DNA of 64,000 nt. Source: Methanoregula sp. (GTDB lineage: Archaea > Halobacteriota > Methanomicrobia > Methanomicrobiales > Methanospirillaceae). Below are positions 60,641 through 64,000 of the stretch, piece by piece. The translations under genes were made by a program, and so were the position numbers. The notes beneath the pieces were generated by a model, which was not told where the DNA came from, did not search any database, and saw nothing but the letters and a program-made list of their open reading frames with translations. Each line of letters begins with the position of its first letter. Position 1 is the first letter of the stretch. The DNA is taken from the NCBI GenBank assembly GCA_030694985.1, contig JAUYTV010000017.1, forward strand, positions 3,747 through 67,746, written 5' to 3'.

Positions 60641-60722
60641 TTTCATAAAAGATCAGTCATTTTTGTTAAAAAATCCGGACAAAAGAAAAAACTACAAAAA
60701 CCCTCACGATCCACCAGAAACT

Positions 60723-61595
60723 ATGATCATATATTATGATGGGAAATATGTGCCCGATGATCAGGCAAAAGTTTCTGTGTTTGATCACGGGTTCCTGTAC
60801 GGAGATGGTGTGTTTGAAGGTATCCGCGCCTATAACGGGCGGATATTCAGATTAAAAGAACATCTTGACCGTCTCTTTGATTCAGCAAAGACTATTGATA
60901 TCCATCCCCCGATATCAAAAGAAGAATTGACTGAAGCTATCTGTGAGACTCTGCGTAAAAACAATTTGACAGACGCATACATACGACCAATTATCACCCG
61001 GGGCGTTGGCGACCTCGGACTTGATCCTCGCAAATGTCCAAAGCCATCGGTTATCATCATCGCTGTTACATGGGGTGCGATGTACGGCGATCTGTACGAG
61101 AAGGGCTTAAAGGGAGTGACCGTTTCTGTGCGCCGCAATCCTGCAGAATCCATGCCCCCGAATGTAAAAAGCCTGAATTACTTAAACAACATTCTTGCAA
61201 AGATCGAGGCGAATTATAAAGGTGGAGATGAAGCCATCTTCTTTGATACAAATGGCTACCTGTCAGAAGGTTCGGGCGATAATCTCTATATCGTGAAAAA
61301 TGGTGAGATCATTACCCCGCCAACGCTTAACAATCTGCGGGGAATTACCCGTATGGTGTTAATCGAGATGGCAAAATCACTGGGTATAACCGTAAAAGAA
61401 CAGAACATCGGGTATTTTGATCTCTATACGGCAGATGAGATGATCTGCACCGGAACTGCAGCAGAAGTTGCGCCAATCACATGGGTAGACGGACGCATAA
61501 TTGGCAGTGGCAAACCCGGACCGATTACCCGGCAGCTTATGGCTTCATTCAAAACAATAACAGAGAATGAAGGTTATCCTATCAATAAAAAATAA
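60723..61595 (+). CDS. ilvE: branched-chain amino-acid aminotransferase
   Basis: [40 protein letters not shown]. Confidence 0.95.
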   Translation: MIIYYDGKYVPDDQAKVSVFDHGFLYGDGVFEGIRAYNGRIFRLKEHLDRLFDSAKTIDIHPPISKEELTEAICETLRKNNLTDAYIRPIITRGVGDLGLDPRKCPKPSVIIIAVTWGAMYGDLYEKGLKGVTVSVRRNPAESMPPNVKSLNYLNNILAKIEANYKGGDEAIFFDTNGYLSEGSGDNLYIVKNGEIITPPTLNNLRGITRMVLIEMAKSLGITVKEQNIGYFDLYTADEMICTGTAAEVAPITWVDGRIIGSGKPGPITRQLMASFKTITENEGYPINKK

Positions 61596-61677
61596 TCTTT
61601 TTTGATGGGAAAATTTAAAAAAAAACAATATTTACAAATTGTGTGGAAAAAAATCTCGGTTTCCCCTCCAGAATCTA

Positions 61678-61685
61678 TTTATAAA
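61678..61685 (+). promoter_or_regulatory. TATA box of tRNA-Glu
   Basis: TTTATAAA 28-35 nt upstream of the tRNA 5' end. Confidence 0.6.
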
Positions 61686-61712
61686 CCGCAGGGTAATTAT
61701 AGAGAGCAACTC

Positions 61713-61787
61713 GCTGCTATAGTGTAGTCCGGCCAATCATGCGGGCCTTTCACGCCCGCGACTGGGGTTCGAATCCCCATAGCAGCA
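61713..61787 (+). tRNA. tRNA-Glu(TTC)
   Basis: GCTGCTA/TAGCAGC acceptor stem; CGGGC-CTTTCAC-GCCCG anticodon arm; GGTTCGAATCC T-arm. Confidence 0.97.
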
Positions 61788-61943
61788 CTTCACAAAAGGG
61801 TTCTATTCTCTAAATTTAATTCCAGAGAGCGACTGCCATAAAAATTTTCCATAACGGAATCTTTTTCCGGTGTGAATCGGTGATGAAATCGATTTCGCAA
61901 CTCTGGTTGCATGATTGTTAAGACAAACACTCGCTTTAAACTG

Positions 61944-61966
61944 GCACCTGCCCGCCAGGTGCTTTT
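61944..61966 (+). terminator. GC hairpin plus T-tract between the convergent tRNA-Glu and 61997-63646 genes
   Basis: GCACCTG-CCCGC-CAGGTGC-TTTT. Confidence 0.35.
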
Positions 61967-61996
61967 GCAAATTAAAAAAAATGAATAAACAAAATC

Positions 61997-63646
61997 CTAT
62001 ACAGTTCCCGTTGAATTCACTGTTGAATTCAATGCTGCGGTTCCAACGGGAGTAACTGTTGGACTAACCGTTAGAGTTGGAACGGGGGTTGGCGTAGGTT
62101 TTGGTTTGAGATCAACCTGCATGTCGATCATGCCTCTGGGTGTTTTTATTGTCTCACTGCCACTCAGCACACCATTTTTATACACTTCGATGGTGAGCGT
62201 ATTGGATGAACCATCCATTTTCTGGATTGAAGCTACTACCGGGCCGTCAATGGTCGATACCGGATAGATTTTATCGCCTGTATCCTCTACCGGAGACTGG
62301 CTGCCTGCAGTTCCAAACGTACCGCTGTATTTACCTGAGTACGTAATCCGCACCCAGACGCCATTTGGAGGTATGGCAAATTGAGGTTGTGCAGTTGGAG
62401 TCTGGATTACTTCCTGAGTGACAACCGGTGTCGGGGATGGAGTCGGTGTAGCCGTTTTAGTAATAACGGTTGTGGGAATGGGTGTAATTGTCGGTGTGAT
62501 TGCAGGAGTTGACGGAGTTGTTCCTATTGAATTCGAAAAGATTAGAATGCCACCAATGACTACTAAGATTACTATTACAAGCGCTGCGATAGTGACGATT
62601 TTACCTTTTTTTGGTGCAGGTGCAGGTGCTGGTACTACTGGGGGTGTCGGGGGAGGTGATGCAGGCGTTGTGGCATTGGCAGGCACAGGTTCTGTGGACG
62701 GTGACTGTGCGGCTGGTTCTGCCAACGGGACAACTAAGGGAGGTTCGACTGCCGGTACTTCTACTACGGGCGGAGGAGCCGGATAGTGACGGGGAACGAG
62801 TGGTGCAGGTTCGCTGCTGCGGGGTTTTGAATCTTCAATCAATGGTTCAATTGAGTGAATGACCTCATCAAGCGTACGATCTTTTCGATCTCCGCCAAGA
62901 CCAAAGACAGGGAATGTTTGAATCTGCACTTGGGGAACAACTGATGGTACAGGGGGTTCAGACGGTGCTATAACCGGTGAGGTTGAAATGATTGCCTGAG
63001 GAACTGCAGGTACCTCGTTTGAGATTACAACCGGTGTTCCGCACCGGTTGCAAAACACTGATTCCGGAGGAACGCGGCTGCCACACCGCGAACAGAAAGA
63101 ACCGACAGGAAGCGTAGTTGTCTCAACGGGTCGTGGCATTGCAGGAGCGGATTCAACAATATTTCTTATCGGCCTTGTGATCTCTATCTTCTTCTTTGGT
63201 GAAGATGCAACGGGGCTGACTGGCGGAGAGGTGGGAGTGATTACAGTATTTTGGGAAGATATTTGATTAGACACTGTGGTATCAGGAATTTCCCGGTAAT
63301 TGTCCACAGATGATATCTGTGCAGTGAGTGCCTTTAACCAGTCATCCCGTTCGCGCCTTCGTTCTCCACTGGCTACGCGCGGGAACGTGAGAATCATCTG
63401 GCGCGCAGTACCTCCCACAGATAAAATGGAAAACGTTAGGATTGGATCACGAATTGCATTCTCGCCACCATCAACAGTCCTGATATTTATAATCAGGATC
63501 TCCTGCGGAGGGATGAGACCTTTCTTGCCGTCAATAAGAACAAGACGTTTATTCGTGAGAACTGCCTCAAACACAACCGATTTTACTTTGATGTTATGAG
63601 CCTGGAGGATTACAGACTCATCACTGCCCAGTTCAGGAAAAACCAT
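61997..63646 (-). CDS. single-pass membrane protein: N-terminal PH-like domain, double zinc ribbon, Pro-rich linker, TM, Thr/Pro stalk, beta-rich C-terminal domain
   Basis: LTNKRLVLID; CSRC..CNRC; PEPP/PT repeats; TM IAALVIVILVVIGGILIF. Confidence 0.85.
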   Translation of the reverse strand: MVFPELGSDESVILQAHNIKVKSVVFEAVLTNKRLVLIDGKKGLIPPQEILIINIRTVDGGENAIRDPILTFSILSVGGTARQMILTFPRVASGERRRERDDWLKALTAQISSVDNYREIPDTTVSNQISSQNTVITPTSPPVSPVASSPKKKIEITRPIRNIVESAPAMPRPVETTTLPVGSFCSRCGSRVPPESVFCNRCGTPVVISNEVPAVPQAIISTSPVIAPSEPPVPSVVPQVQIQTFPVFGLGGDRKDRTLDEVIHSIEPLIEDSKPRSSEPAPLVPRHYPAPPPVVEVPAVEPPLVVPLAEPAAQSPSTEPVPANATTPASPPPTPPVVPAPAPAPKKGKIVTIAALVIVILVVIGGILIFSNSIGTTPSTPAITPTITPIPTTVITKTATPTPSPTPVVTQEVIQTPTAQPQFAIPPNGVWVRITYSGKYSGTFGTAGSQSPVEDTGDKIYPVSTIDGPVVASIQKMDGSSNTLTIEVYKNGVLSGSETIKTPRGMIDMQVDLKPKPTPTPVPTLTVSPTVTPVGTAALNSTVNSTGTV

Positions 63647-63724
63647 ACGACCCCTTGTTACTAGTATCTACGTTATCTTCATAAAATAAGGATTTGCAAA
63701 AAAAACCTGTTTTTTAATAAAAAA

Positions 63725-64000
63725 TCAGAGACATTCCCGGTCGTTCATGTATGGGCGGAGCACCGGGGGAACCTGCACGCGGCCATCCGGTTCCTGGTAG
63801 TTCTCAAGAATTGCACGCATAACGCGCGATGTGGCAATCGCAGTTGAGTTGAGGGTGTGGAGGTGCACTTTAAGCTCAAACTCACTTTTATCCCTCACTT
63901 TGATGTTGAGTCGCACCGCCTGGTAAGAGGTACAGTTCGAACAGGAGACCACTTCTTTGTAGGCATTTTCCCGGGGCATCCATACCTCGATGTCATATTT
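63725..64000 (-). CDS. serS: seryl-tRNA synthetase (bacterial type), 3' end; gene continues beyond the window
   Basis: YDIEVWMP, EVVSCSNCTSYQA.RL, HTLNSTAIATSR, ILENYQ..DG.V.VP.VLRPYM. Confidence 0.95.
   Translation of the reverse strand, partial: KYDIEVWMPRENAYKEVVSCSNCTSYQAVRLNIKVRDKSEFELKVHLHTLNSTAIATSRVMRAILENYQEPDGRVQVPPVLRPYMNDRECL

Noticed and set aside
1-64000. CRISPR array, rRNA, intact integrase or transposase
   Set aside because: I saw no regularly spaced 25-40-bp repeats with unique spacers, no rRNA-like sequence and no full-length recombinase ORF

Overview
Chromosomal segment of a methanogenic archaeon. It is most consistent with Methanomicrobiales (Methanoregula-like), inferred from cfbA/E/D/B, a methanogenesis marker-9 gene, SepCysS, TBP, bacterial-type SerRS and REC-PAS histidine kinases with the TRHDIxNQL H-box. 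About 1-39 kb is accessory. It holds two acyltransferase-3 genes, a PAP2 variant, an IS1182-like relic and a 3.55-kb cassette (truncated REC-GAF-PAS gene, VapBC, relic DNA) bounded by 133-bp direct repeats. It also holds six lipobox-type exported proteins (two class-C-beta-lactamase-like serine hydrolases, an M23 peptidase, a carboxylesterase, an alpha/beta hydrolase and a Cys-rich 30-aa-repeat protein), a decaying hybrid-kinase array, a histone-H1-like K/A/V/P protein next to tbp, and a STAS-PAS-kinase plus PAS3-SpoIIE phosphatase partner-switching module. About 39-64 kb is mostly core: ODC + homospermidine synthase, pscS, PPK2, thiI, tRNA-Leu(CAG) with an adjacent mobile-element relic carrying TTGCTGCA repeats, a ribbon-helix-helix/acyl-CoA synthetase fusion, marker9-citG-DUF447, the cfb cluster, ilvE, tRNA-Glu(TTC) and the 3' end of serS. 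No CRISPR array, rRNA or intact integrase/transposase was seen. All family calls come from motif recognition by eye, not from database searches.
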